A DNA stretch of 64,000 bases. Origin: Perna viridis (taxonomy: Eukaryota). Made by a program: the position numbers and the translations under genes. The notes beneath the pieces were generated by a model. It made no database searches, was not told the DNA's origin, and saw nothing but the letters and a program-made list of their open reading frames with translations. Location of the stretch: positions 24,855,840 through 24,919,839 of the forward strand of contig CM074525.1 in NCBI GenBank assembly GCA_037379345.1, in the 5' to 3' direction. Below are positions 13,901 to 28,900 of this stretch, in pieces. The number at the start of each line of letters is the position of its first letter. Positions within the stretch are counted from its first letter, which is position 1.

Positions 13901-16900
13901 ATCCTTTAAAATTTGAGATACATGTATATTGTTACTATAAACATTAGTAAGATCTGTGCTGATTGCCATTACATTAGCTTAGTATGATTTTTGAGTAATT
14001 AACTTTTTATGTGAAAATTGGGTAATTTTGCAGCTACTTGCATTATTCTTTTGACAATTTGATAAAAAATAAAGGATCATTTTGGTTGGAGTTATAAGTA
14101 ATATAATTATCTAAAAGAGGAGAAAAAAGTTCTAATCCATTAAAACAAATCTTTTAATAGTTTATACAATTGAAATGCTTGACTAAGCTTGATTGTCAAA
14201 TATTTGATAGATTTATAATTTATTGATACAATTTGTTTATTTTGGAGTTATAAATTTCTAAATAAACAATGTGACACATGATTGCCCATTGAATGTTTTG
14301 TGTGGACATTTTCACCTGAACAAAAGGTTAAGTGTATAACATGGTATAATCCTGAGTCCATTTTATCAGTAAACTTGAACGGACCAATCAGAATGCTAGC
14401 ACCTGTTCAGTGGCTCATGGACCATCGATTTATTTAGGTAACAGATGTCCCACTAGATGATAATGTTTTACTGGTGTATTTGTTACATGTTAAGATCCTC
14501 TGGCTCCTGTTGGTCGTGGTTGACTAATTATTCAGGGCCCCAAGCAGGGTTCATTGACAACTGACCAAAAAAGTCACTAATTAGAAGGGGATCTATTTAT
14601 ATGAAATGTAACTTTATCATATTTTATTTAAAATTATTTGTAATTTATTATGAAATTTACTGTGTTTTCAAAATTTAATGTATCTTTGATGTTAATGAAT
14701 AATGTAGTTAAAAAGTATTCACAATTAATTTTCCCTTTTATGCCCCAATAATTTTCATGCCCAATGAACACAAATGATAAAGAATTTTTAATAAATGATC
14801 TCCTTAAACAATTTGTGTGTCCCCCTCAGTTTCTCTGAGTCTTTGTCAATAGCAATGACATGTAAATTATAAAGAATTGTCCTACTGATGAATTAACCTG
14901 ATAAAATTATAATGAAATCTTTGTGTAAATATTAGCTTCTTTGTCAGTGTTATAAACTTGGCGTGTGCCTTGTAATGAGGAGTTTAAAAAAGGAGGGAAT
15001 TGTGTGTGATTTTTGTGTGGCACAAAGAGTCTGATGTTAGTGAAATCAATTACTATAGCTATATATACAAGTCTTATAGACTGCACAATTATCTTGTGAG
15101 CTGTGTGGAATCCGGACAAGTTATACCTGCACAATTGTATTGTAATATATTCAGATTCTCTGAGCTGTGTGGAATCAGGACAAGTTATACCTGTCTCTGT
15201 GGATATCTAGGATACAGAGGCCTTGCTATCAAGTTTAGAAATGTACTGTTGGTTTGTAGCAAAAGTATATTAGATATGATCAAGTGATTTTTGTACCCTT
15301 CACAAGCTGATTTTTTGGTGGACCACTTCACAAGCTGATTTTTTTTTGTGGACCCCTTCAGAAGCTGAGTTTTTTGTGGACCCCACAAGCTGATTTTTTT
15401 ATGGACCCCTTGTAGGCAAGTTGTTTTCGACATTACTTCAATCAGAGTGATATTTATATTTTCCCCTCAACAAGTGAATAAAATTGTTTTCATGGATGGT
15501 GTACTAATACAGACTAACTATTATTACACTGATTGCAGCCAAGTTGCTGCTTTGTTCGAAACATTTTCTTGCTGAATTGATATTAAGACCCCATCACTAG
15601 CAGGCCAAGTTATATCTAACCATACTCCAGCCTGGAAAAGTTGTTGATGACTATGAGGATGATATATTAATGTGAGTTTATGTTTTATGGTTTGTCATTA
15701 CATTGTACAACTATAAACAAGACTGATATAAAGGATTGATGTGTATATAGTTGATTCATTTATAGAATTACCGCCAAAAACTATCATACAGTATTGTGGC
15801 TATAAAACTAAACTGAATTGTGGCCCTCCACTCTGAATTGTTACAAAAACATTTACCCAGCAGTCAGCCATTACTCAGAACTGAGACAACCAATTAGGAA
15901 ATTCTAGTTCTGATTTCCAAGGATTTTAACTGGTGGATGCTGATTTTGTTTGAAACAAAAGGACAATAATTTGATAGATCTGTCTTCTTGTGTGGATTCG
16001 GATTAGTGAATTTGAGTGTTATCAAGGATTATAAAGAAGAGTTATGGCCCTTGCAGGGTATGATGAATTTTCTTTCCTGGACTTTCTTGCACCACAGGTA
16101 TGCATTTATAGTAGTGAATTTGAATTTATGCAAGTTTTTTCCTTCTGGAACCCAAGTTTATTCCTGGTCTTGGTAGGAACTAAGTCAACTGGTACGAAGT
16201 GGTCTGCAATAGAATAATAGGGAGCCATTGTTGAGAGATAAAACTTGAAAGTCTGGCAGTAAATTACACTATATTACCTTACAATTGTTGGTATTATAAT
16301 AAAACTACAAGTCATTTCTTTGATATTAAGTTCATATCAATAAAAGGAGATATTTATTATTACTTCACTCAGTAACATCTGCTACAAACATGTAACTATT
16401 GAACAAATGGGTTTCATTATTTTCATTTTTAACCAGCACAGAATTTACAAAGACTGGGAATTTTAATGAAAATTTGAAAATTTATGGCCAGACCTGTCCC
16501 TGTGATTTGTTGTACCTTGTGTAAAGGTGTTTCATGCATAAATCATTTTTTAACCAGTCATGTAGTTGGTAAATGTCAGGTACTTGTAAGGGGAAATAAC
16601 TCACATTGATGGTTGATGTGTTTTCAAAAAAAGTAAAACATTGATGAATTCTTGAATAAAAGAGGATTTTGTTGTAATCTGTTGTGTCAAATAATGAGTT
16701 GAGATTTGAATTGTAATGAATTCTATTTTTGATAAACGTGGCCCTGGGACACTATGTAACTTCAAGGAGTTTACTAGTCCAGTAAATACTAATAGGATAA
16801 TTAATTGGAAAGAATGAATGACCAAAATATGATAACAGTTGCAAAAGAATGCCAAGATTTATCAAGTGTGTGTAACTTGTTCTGAGATTTAACGAGTGTG

Positions 16901-19900
16901 TGTAACTTGTTCCGAGATTTAGCAAGTGTGTGTAACTTGTTCCGAGATTTAACAACTGTGTGTAACTTGTTCCGAGATTTAACAACTGTATGTAACTTGT
17001 TCCACCCATAAATTAAATCTTAATGATATCTTAGCACCAGTTGTTATATTGTGGTTATTCACTATAACCAATTAATTATCCTATTGATCATATAGACTTC
17101 CTCCATTATTTATTGCTATTTTCAGCATAAAATTCAAATTTTGTGGACCTTGGATTGATGTATAGGTTGTGATGTTTAGTTTTGGTGGGAGAAAGCCCAA
17201 GAGTAAAATTACTGAATTTATTGCACTGTGTGAATTATCAAAAATTTTTACACAGGGAACATTTGGTAAATCACTGTTATCTACATAGTAAAGCTATTTA
17301 ATCTTGTTCCTAAAACATTGAAATTTTATTAACATTTTATCCATTCTCAATATGTCTCTTGTTACTTAAGTAGTAATATATCCTGTTATATTGTCACACT
17401 CTCATCTACCCCCTTCTACTATATGGTGTTGACCAACTGTTGTCTAGAAACATGTGGTTAATCTGCATTGTATTGTGTATTGCTTGCATCTGTTCTGGAT
17501 GTGTACTGCATTGCATCTGTTTATGATGTGTATTGCCCCAGCAGCTGCTCACTGATGTAACCCAGTCTGTGAGATGATTGAGAACAGCTGTCCAATACAC
17601 CTGTAGCTTGGCTATTGGGATTTGTGGTCAAAGGGAGATAACTCTAACTCAATGTTAAATTGATAGCTGAAGAAAAAGTTGACCATTCTTGTGTTTATGG
17701 CAGGTATCCTTTTTTTTTTACTGTGAAAGGTCCATGCTGTTGGGGTCTTTCCAGATTTATTATACATGTGTTGACTGATAGGGGTTTTGCTTCTTGGGTT
17801 ATTATCGAAATATATTTCTGATGTAAATAATATGATGCTTTGGAAAATGTTCATGAACTTATTATAAAAACAATTTTGAAATGTAGTGTTGACGAGACTA
17901 AAGATTTGATTACAAAATAAAATCAGAAAAATCATCTGAGGATTAAATGTAGACCAAATATATACTGTTATACATTAGTACAAAAGTAAAATCTAACCAC
18001 AAGAAAAAAAAAACCTGATCTCCCTTTACAAAGGTTCTTGTCAAAGAATTAAGACTTCTATCCAATACATCTTATATTGTCATGGGGGATATAAAACCAA
18101 CCAAAACATTGATTTCACCTGGTTTTAACGAGTAATCACCTTGTCAACATTGTGTGAGGTTTGTAATTAGCACAGGTAGGTAATTAACCTGGTGACATTT
18201 TAATGCAGGTTGTTGTTCTTTGATGTAGTGTCGGGTCTCTGTATACAAGATTGTTAAAGTATCAAAATGATACATGATGGTTATACGACCACACATCACG
18301 AGGTTTTATGGGCTTTTATTTAAATACAGTGGAACAGGTCTAAATGCCTTTTGGTCTTACGAATTGGTTAAGACAGACATTTAACCTGATATACAGTGCT
18401 CGCCTTTAGCCACTAGCCCAAAGCCCAGGGCAAGTAAAAATTTATTCAGGCTAGTGGAATGATGTATACTTTTCTTGTTTTCGGTTAGTTGAATCCTATA
18501 CAGTCCTCTGCTGTTTGGGCTAGTTGAATCCTATACAGTCCTCTGCTGTTTGGGCTAGTTGAATCCTATACAGTCCTCTGCTGTTTGGGCTAGATCAATC
18601 CTATATAGTCCTCTACTATTCAGGTTAGTTGAATCCTACACAATCCTCTACTATTCAGGCTATTTGTTGAGAATTTTGTAGGACTAGATATATAGGGACT
18701 GTGTCTGGTTTAAACAGAGTTCAGAGTTCAGGTTCTAGTGTATGTTTTTGTCATATTATTTATATACCATCAAGACTTTGCCATTTTACACAAAAAATGT
18801 TACATAAATTTTGCAAAAAGGTCTGCCATACTATTAATGGTTAAAAGCTCTGCCATACTATTAATGGTTAAAACTATTATTGTTTATTCTAATATTGCTA
18901 CTGAAATCATGCTGTCTGTCCACAATTATAAAAACATCATGATAATCTAAGAATAACAGTACTCAGTCACATCATATAATTTATGTCTTCAGATGATACT
19001 ATATAAACTTCATCATTTCATCAATAAGTGAACTTAGTTATTCTTGTCCATATTATAGTAATGTGTTAATTTTCATTTTGGATGTTTTCTTCAGGTGTTA
19101 TTGTAATATTCCTCTCCTCCCTATCTTAGATCCCTCCCTTTTTTTAATTAAAGTCCTGGACCCAGCACCACAGAACTTGAGTAATTGAATCTGAGTTAAT
19201 TATTGACTCTCTGTGATATCATCTTTCCCTTCCTCAACTGAAAATGCATGCTATTTACACCTTCATGTAAGTCTATATATCCAAAGCCCCACCCTGAAAT
19301 TTATTTCAAGTCTCCTCCTTGCAATTTTAAAATGCCTGCCCTGGCCATTGCTGTCTATTTTAAGCCTCCCCAAATTAACAAAAATTTAAAATGTTTTACT
19401 TTGCCCATGAGGTTTTCTTAAACCCTCTGCTACCTGAAAATGTATGACCCCCTGCTGCAGTATTATTTAACCCCTCCACCGAGTTAAAAATGTCTGTCCT
19501 GGTCTCTGAAGTCTATTTAAAGCCCCCTCCCCATTTTTTCATAAACCCACCTTCTTATATGAAAAAAATCTGTCCCCACTAGGAGCAGCCAATTAAAAAT
19601 CCTTCTCAAATTAATTTTATCTGCTCCTGCCCCTAAAGTCTATTTAAGTTCCCTCCCAAATTAGATAATGTCTGTCCCTGCCATGAAGTTTAAAGACCCT
19701 GCTACTGCAGTCTATTTAAAGCCTTCCTGCAATTTCAAATATCTGCTTCACCTTTCAGTTTATTTAATACCCCTCCCTCATTTGAATATGTCTTCCCCCG
19801 CCCCTGCAGTCTATTCACACATTGTAATGGATGGCTCTAATTAAGTCTCTTAGGAAAACAGAAATGTTAAAATTCTTATCAATCTTACTGGCAATAAACC

Positions 19901-22900
19901 TGCTGTGTATCATGGCTTGATAGCTAACATCTGGAGTACATAATTACATAGTGTAAAGTCTTAATTTAGGTCATATTTCACATGCATTGGCAAAGTCTAT
20001 TTTACACCAAGGGGTGTTAGGTGTAGGTTGTCTTGCATTGCTTGTTGTATGTATCTGTCTAAAAAATAAATGAACAGAAATGTGTTTACAAAAAACTTTA
20101 CAAGAATAATGATATTTTGTTAATTGATAGAAAATTGTAGCAGAATGCAAGAATGAAGTAATGTTGTTATAAGTAAATTAGCAGACTGTGATGCTAACTA
20201 GAACCATTAAAATTCTGAATTGTATGTAAATATAATTCAGACAGTTAAGAAAATTGCATTTGTTTTATCTCCACCCCCTCGTATAACTAATTTAGACTAG
20301 CCCATTTCCTCTACCCAAACTCTGTTTAATTGCCTGATGTGTTATTACCATGTGGTAGCAATCAGAACTTTTGGCAGTTTGCCCAGTTCTCAGATTTAAG
20401 AAATTATAGCAACACAAAAAACTGGAAGTGTTTGGTTAGAGAAATCTGTTTTCTATTGTGAAGGATCTTAGCATTTGGTTTTAATGTTTCACTACCCAAG
20501 ACCTCTGAGGCCGACACAGGTGCAGTAATCAGTCGCGTGGTGCATGTTTTGGTCGTTTGTTTTTCTAACTGACCTGTACATATTGCTTGCTGTACAGGTG
20601 CATGTTTTTGTGTGTTTTTTTCTTGCATGTGTTTATTTGTGGAATTGATATCACCCAATAGTTATCCAGATAGCCATGTGGAAGCTGTCAGACTACCACA
20701 GGTGTAACACAGCTTCAATGATGCTGTTCTAACTTAGATATAAAATGTAGAATGATATATACTGGTACATTGTACCAAGTTTAACTAAAGATAGTGAAAA
20801 AAACTTCTTTACTTTATATGATTCGTCTTTTACATTCCAAATAATATTATATGTATATAACTGGTCTGGATTTCTTTGGTCAGTCCAGAAAAATATTGTG
20901 GACCAAATAACAACAAATAATGTTTACCAATCGCCAGACAGCTGGTGGTTGGTGACTAACTTTAAAGGACGCTATGCATTTGGGGCATCTTTTTTTTTAA
21001 AGACATTTACTTGGCTTTTCTCAAGATGTCAGTTATGTCGAAATTTCACCGATCTCTACTGATAGTCTGAGTGTAAAACGGTTCAAAGGAATCGAGTGCC
21101 ATATTTACATGACAGTGGTAAATTAAGGTACTTTTGTCTCTCTTTGGAACAATGAATTCTGTCCCATCTGCCAGTCCATCTCTGGTATCCCCCTCTATCT
21201 ATTACACGAAGTTTGGGACTTATGATCTGAGCAAGTTAGCCTGCCATTTCATACAAATAATACCAGAGATTGAATTTAAGGAGAACTACTTGCTAAATGC
21301 CATTTAAAATTCAATTTGTTATGTAGAAAATGTTTCTACTTATTAAAATTTGCTTGCAAGGGATTTCTTCAATTCAATCCCTGATATATATGACAGATAA
21401 TATTTCTTCTATTCAATCCCTGATATATATGACAGATATAGTTCTTCTATTCAATCCCTGATATATATATGACAGATATAGTTCTATTCAATCCCTGATA
21501 TATATGACAGATATAGTTCTTCAATTCAATCCCTGATATATATGACAGATATAGTTCTTCTATTGGAAATAATATGTCTTCTAATCATGTGAACAACTGA
21601 AAAAAGAATTAAAGTAGAAGTGGAAAATTTGAGAACATTTCAGTTGGTTATGTTATCTAACTACACTTTAAGGACAGGATTGTTTACTCAGTGACACATA
21701 AACAAATAATTCAACACTGAGGGTAATTAAGATAGCATCAGAGATAAGTGGCATAGCTTCCCATCAGGACTCACTGGTCAGTGGTCATCAGTTCTTTGAT
21801 GTTATAAATGGGGTTCTAAGTGCAGCAATTAGACCACCCACTAGCAGAGGGAGGGTTAAAAAAGGGGTAAGATCATTTGATTTATACAATGGGGTTATCT
21901 ATCTGTGTGATACAGAAAGGTAGTCAAGGAAACACCTCCCCTCAATGACTGGGACATAGAATGGTGGGGTTTAGACAGAGTTTCCATCAGTTGGCTATTT
22001 ATGGTTGTGAGTGTGGTACAGCAGACTTCACTTAATTACATACCCTGTTGCCAATTCTTGTTAATTGGGTGGAAATCATACACAAAATTATTTTCAACCT
22101 TATCCATATAAACAATTTCTATTATTTGTAGAAGAAAAAGCAAAAGTTAGAAAATTCCTCCTTACTGCATTAATTAATATCTTTCAAAATATTTTTTTAA
22201 AATGTGGTAAAATGGGTGAAACAAAAGAACATTTTCTCTAATTTTGCTTCAATTTTTATACCGTGTAGAAAAAAATGTTCTCTTCACTAGTGACTTTTTG
22301 TTCACACAGTTCAATTGGCTTAGGAATAAATTGTCTTGGTCTCCATCTTGAATCGCCTCGATGGCCATTGTAGTTGCATTTCAGTTAAATGAGATAATTT
22401 TGGTGTTTTCTTACCTTAAATAAGAATTATGAAGAGACTTGGGAAGATATGAAGTGAAAAAACCTTTGAAATTGTCTGGTTTCTTTTGTTTGCTTTTTAT
22501 TTTTGGGTATTTTTGACGTTTTTAGGGCATTAGAGAAACAGAATCTACACTCAAAACTTGTTTATTATGAACTTCTCACATGTCGTGAATTAAATTTTAT
22601 AGTTTGAATAGCTCGGCAAGCCTCATGATAAAAAAAAAATTATTTCACTTGGTGTGAAAAATTCTATAATCAACTTGTTTTCGTTGTAGATTCTATATGT
22701 TAGTGGCAGTACATAAGTTTTCTTAGAAACTTTCACTTCAGTAGTATCTCCTCTCTATGACACTGGGACAAAGAGAAATAAGTTAAACATTGGAACATTG
22801 TAGTATTTTCTCTTGGAATGGTTATTGCTGTTAATTATTTAACTTTATCAGAAACTTTTCATTCCAGTGAAGTCTCTTTTTCTATTCTCGTTATATGCAA

Positions 22901-25900
22901 TTAACTGGAATCCACTGCATCAGGGACGACTTTGTAGCGAAATTCTACTATTTCAAATCCGGATTTCTGATTCTTTTTATACACCACACAACAAAGTCTG
23001 TCCAAATTTCGTTACATTTAGCTCAACTCCCATTGGATGGATTAATTTCCAATTTTGTATGTGGCTTATAGAGTGTACTTTGTAAAAAGTGGTGGTTTTT
23101 TTTTTGTTACTGACCAAAACTATATTCCTGTATAATTGGGGTATATCTAGCAGAACATCACATGCAACTTCATATTGGCTTTGTGTTCAGGGTTCCTGAA
23201 AATTGTTAAGGAAATAATTTTTAAAAATAATATTATTTTTAACAATTCTACAAGACCTGTGAGAAACTACACCTCATCCAACTCTTTATTGTTCCATTTC
23301 TTTTAACAAGGAAATTTTTTCTTGTCATTTTTTATCTGTTAAATTATTTTCGACCTTCAGTAATAAAAATAACGGCAGTTTTATTTGCGCACATTAGGTC
23401 TTGCCACAGAATTAGGGAAAATTTATATATATATTATTGGAAAAAAAATTGATTGAAAGATTGGGGTGTTTGGGATTGGATAGGGCCATGCATTATTTTT
23501 CACATTCAGACTGAATATATCCCATTCAAACCAGAAATATTTACTAAGTATTTTAAACAAGTACTATCTTTTTAAAAAAAAGATAGCCGACGCATTAAAA
23601 TTTTACTTCTAAGTTTCTACATTTCTTCAAGGAGTCATAGAAAATATTTATAAATCCTTGATTTCTTTCAATGCACATGGCACGCAAATTTCTAATATTC
23701 GATACAGTTTTTTCGAACATAATTTAAAATTTTCTATACAGTTTTTATAAACCCCACTAAGTTATCAGTATTTGGCCAATCGGGAAACAGAATTGGTATC
23801 AGGTGACTTGCGTTCCATAGAAGAGCATCCTTAAGGTCAAAGGGTAAAAAGGGAAACTATACCAACTGCATCGGAAAAATAACACAATGAAATTCTGAAA
23901 ATTATTAAATATGGCTCATTCTCAAAATCTTCATCACATTGACTATTATACACTTAGATTTTAATTTTCACCTTAAAAATGATAAAAAGAAACCCAAAAT
24001 ATCCAAAATTACAGCATTAGAGACACAGTAAGGCTCAGCTCTGATCTGCCCATGATGAGGTATAATAAAGACTGAACTGTTAAAGATATTATAATGATCT
24101 GAGATAGAGCACATGTGTATATAATCAGCAGCCTGTTTTATAAATCTGGGTTTTATTTTAACTCGGTAACCACCACTATACTAAATGCTGTTAAAATTTG
24201 CCGGTCTTAATTACATCCAGATGGTTGGCTTAAAACTTCATCAAATTTGTTTCTGTACAGTTCCCACTCGGATGATATTGGCAGAGATCTGCTGACAGTT
24301 CTTAATTTAAGGAACAAAGTTTTATCCTTCATGCTGGGAATTAGTTAAACTTCGCCTTTTGGAATTTAGAATACATATTTTGTATGTTACATATTTAAAG
24401 CAATATAGTAGTGCAGGTTTCAAGTTGTTGGAGGTTACTTAGGTTATGGTTTAACTTTTGAGTTTTAAAGTTGATGTGTAGAAATACGTAAAGACAAAAA
24501 AGTAAAGTTAACTGAATGTACATAAAACTAGTAAAGTATTGATTCACTCATTATACTTGGATTTAATTTATTAGTGCAAAAAGGATTATCGGAAGAGAGA
24601 AACATTATTGTTCAGGTATCCATCTCCGTAGAAACCCATCAAAGTGGCGTCACATCGTGATTTCTATAGAAGGATGTTTTATTCCTATCCAGTTTATCCT
24701 CCACCATTAGGGATGTATGTCCCTACAAAGATATCTGGGGTAAGTTCTGTCTCTCCTGGAGGGAAATGTTTCCAAAAAAGTTAATATGCATAAGTTCTGT
24801 TTCAGTAAGTTTGCTTGTCCCAACTTCAGTATCTAGAGATAGGTCGATAGTATCAAAAAGGAGTGCATGTCCAACCAAAGCATCTAGGGTATGGTCCTGT
24901 CTCAATTAGGAGTGTTTGTCCTAAGCAAAATATCAAAATTATGTCCGGCCACAATAAGGAGTGCATGTCAAACCAAAACATTGAAAGAAATTCCTGTCTC
25001 TAGTGGAAGTGCATGTCATAATTAAAAAAAATGTCATAATGTAAGCATGAGGGTTAAATCCTGTCTCAGAGGTGCATGTCTTAACCAAAACATCAGGAGT
25101 AAGTCCTGTCTCAACTAGGTGTGTATGTCAAACACCAGGTTCCACTTTTGTGGTTGTATGCCCCAGCTAAAGCTGTGTCTCCACTTTTATGGTTGTATGT
25201 CTTAGCTAAAGCCCTGTCTCCACTTCAGCGTTTGTATGTCATAACTAAAGTTCTGTCTCCTATCTAGGGGTGTATATCCCAACTTAAAGAGTCTGGTCTC
25301 CACTTCTGGGGATGTATTTCCCATCTAAAGTCCTGTCTTCCCTTCTTGGGAGTGGGTACATATGTCCCAACCAAAACATTTTATCAACTCAAACTTCTTT
25401 TGATTAGGACATTACACAGCTGTATCTTGTAACTTACATGTACAGATCAGTTAATGGTGAAGGAAAGTTGCCAACTGGGAATACTGACAAAAGGTAGACT
25501 GCCACCCAGAAACTTGGTAAAGAGAAGTGATGGGGATAAATTGCCAGCTTGGTATGCAGAAGTGATAGGGATACATTTCCAGATTCATATACAGAAGTGA
25601 TGGGGATACATTGCCAGCTTGGTATACGGAAGTAATTTGGGATACATTGCCAGGTTGCTATACAGAAGTGATAGGGATACATTGCCAGCTTGGTATACAG
25701 AAGTAATTTGGGATACATTGCCAGGTTGCTATACAGAAGTGATAGGGATACATTGCCAGCTTGGTATACGGAAGTAATTTGGGATACATTGCCAGGTTGC
25801 TATACAGAAGTGATGGGGATACATTGCCAGCTTGGTATACAGAAGTAATTTGGGATACATTGCCAGGTTGCTATACCGAAGTGATGGGGATACATTGCCA

Positions 25901-28900
25901 GCTTGGTATACAGAAGTGTTGATGGATATTTTGCCAGTTTGGTATTCAGAAGTGATGGGGATATTTTGCCAGCTTGGTATTCAGAAGTGATGGGGGGATA
26001 CTTTGCCACCCTGAAACTTTCTCTTGGAGAGCATCTTGTACTCTAATTTGATTTACAAATATATATACTTGAAGAATTACTGCTTACAGGATATCACATT
26101 CAGCTGTTATGGTGATAAATTATTGTAGATATCTGTAGAACTGAACATTCTGGGGAAATTAAACACTTGCCGAACATCTGTAAAATATTACATGGAATTG
26201 AATGATGAAAATTAATTTGGCAATTCAAAGTGATAAATATAGAAGAGATAAGTGGAAGAACAAAGACTATACGTTCTCTTTTTTTCATATTTTAAGGTGG
26301 GGGTGGGGGGTAGTACTCTGGGTCCAAATTGATAAGTCATTGATGACAATCATTTTACTTTGTGATTGTTGGGCCCGTGGTTTTCCTAAAAGAAAAAAAA
26401 ATCACATGACATACTTTTTCAACTAAAATGTTTGATCAATCTGATGTCTTAATTTAAAAATCTACAGAAAAAACAGACTTTACAAAATCTCTTATAATGA
26501 TTAATATAGCATCCTTTCTTGAGGTACTTACATAATTTTTTCAGAAATCCTGAGGTACTTAAATAATTTTCCAGAAATCTTTATTTTTGTGAATGGAAGT
26601 TTTAGTACCTGATCTATGGTCAGAATTTGCGTTATCTTTAGATTTTGATGATGATCTTCTTTAAATTTCAAGCTTTCACATGGGTAAACTATTAGTTGGT
26701 ACATAGGAAGAAGTTTTGAAATGGACACCTTAATGTGGACATACTGGTGTTATCTTTACCCAGTGAATGTTTGTGTTTACCATTAAAATCCTTGGAAGTA
26801 AAATAGAGAAATACTTCTAAGTCATCAAAGAAAACAATTATCTGGGCATTTAGTCACAGGATTAACCCATTGACATCGATGTCTGTATGTCTGTTCCACA
26901 ATTGTTTATACTTGGGAGAATGTTACATGTTACTCTGTTGTTAAGATTTGAAAACAAATAATATCACAGAGAGAACTTAGTTTTAAAGAAGAAATTTAAT
27001 GCAAGTTTGGAATAAAGATACATGAATTTGTGCATGATATGTGCAGTATGTAGATATAAAGCAAATGATTTATGATATTTTATATGGAAGCCCACCTGTG
27101 TTTACCTGGGACAGGTGTGGTGTAGATAGGCTATGATATATAGATTCAGGTGTGATACTGGTCCTAATTAACTTACCTGAAATCTGACAACAGGTGTCTA
27201 GTCTGGCTTCTAAGGAGAATGGTACCTCACTTGTATAGTGTAACATGAGGTCCTTCTAGAATGTAGATATGTATACTTCAAATATTTTCTTTGGAGAAAA
27301 GTAAATAGATTGTGCACTGTCTGTCTCTATTTACACTAGTCCTATATCTGAATTAAGGAAAAGTCCATTTAGGCCAGTGATAATTTGCTTACTCACTTGC
27401 AGTGGAAAGTTGGTTAAATTGACGATTGATGGGTTAGTAGCTAGGAAGATTATGGCATTGACTTCAGAAACTCAAAACAGACCTGTCTCTTAAAATTTTG
27501 CCAAAGAGGGAGATTTGACTAGCGTCATTTTCACTACATATTTTAGCTATCAATTTATTTTTGTAATATAACTATACTAGATTTGTGACAGTTAATTTTC
27601 ATACAAAATTAAGTAAGATTTTGTTTGTTTTTTTTGGGTTTTTTTTTTTGTTTTTTTACCTTTAATTTTGGTCAAAATTGAAATACATCATTTCTTGGCT
27701 ACATGACTTCTCCCCCTTCATTGTGACTGATGAAATACTGAAATATTGAAAATTTCTGATAGCGGGAGGTTATTGGCCCCAAGGGTGGATGGCCAAGGCA
27801 GTGGGAAATTAAGGAATTTATGATGAAATATTGGGAAAGCGAATTAACGTCTGTGCCAGACTTTTTGACAGAGAAATTAATACTATTCTTTATTCGTCTG
27901 CTGTAAGACTTTTCCCATTTCTCCACTTTAATTGTGGATTCAAAGATTTTATGTTATTTGGCTTTTAATGCCCTTTAAATGATTTCTTTACTTTCTTGGA
28001 CGAAATATTGAGAGAGTAGAAAAAAACAGCATTCTAGGACCTCTGATAGGATTGAATGTTTTCATTGGTATGCTCCCAATGAAAATTAACTTCTCCAATT
28101 AGTATCAGCTTTTCAAACTTTAGAAATCTTTCAGAAATTCAAGTTTTCTATGTTCCATAGGGAAAGTGGAACATAAAAAATTACTTTTCCTTATCAAAAC
28201 TTACTTGCCTTGGGTCTCCTAAAACTTCACATGCCTTGGATGTCGAAAAACTTCACTTGCATTGGGTGTCTTAAAACTTCCCTTGACTTGGATGTCCTGA
28301 AACTTTTTTGCCTTAGATGTCCTAAAACTTCACTTGCATTGGATGTCATAAGAACTTCACTTGCCATGGGTGATGAAAATTGGAATTCTAGAAATCCCTA
28401 TTCCTCAGTTGACTGAAAATCTTAGAGCACGAAAGAGTTGCAACAGAACTATGGGAATATTGTAGGACTTTAGATCGAGAGGTAAGGAACTGAGGATGAT
28501 GATTTGTTATGATGTTGTACTGACAGTATATATTATAATTTCAGGTCTACCCACCAGCCCCTAGCCCTGAGGATTACCAGGACTCACCCAACAGATACAC
28601 ATCACCTAAACCATTATATGGAGATGGATACTATAATATGGGTAGGTCACACACACACACACACACATACCCTGTGGTCGATCCAGGTACTTTGAAAGGG
28701 AGGTTACAGACTGTTGTCTTAATTTTCAATTGGAATTAACAAAATTTTCTATCAAAAGTGACCCCTTTGGATACACTTTTTCTCACACACTGAATTCATT
28801 ACATAAAGATGGATGATACACACCCACATACATACATTTGCACACAAGCACTAAATACACAAATTTCAAAACAGGTATATAGATGCAAACCAACAAAGAC

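Noticed and set aside
15539-15678. Extra coding exon ending at aat|gtgagt
   Set aside because: No acceptor/frame combination is compatible with the phase 0-0 context between exons E and F without a stop or frameshift. A poison or non-coding exon is not excluded.
24450-24620. Alternative first exon ending cag|gtatcc
   Set aside because: The in-phase frame has no ATG after the upstream stop and the donor is weak.
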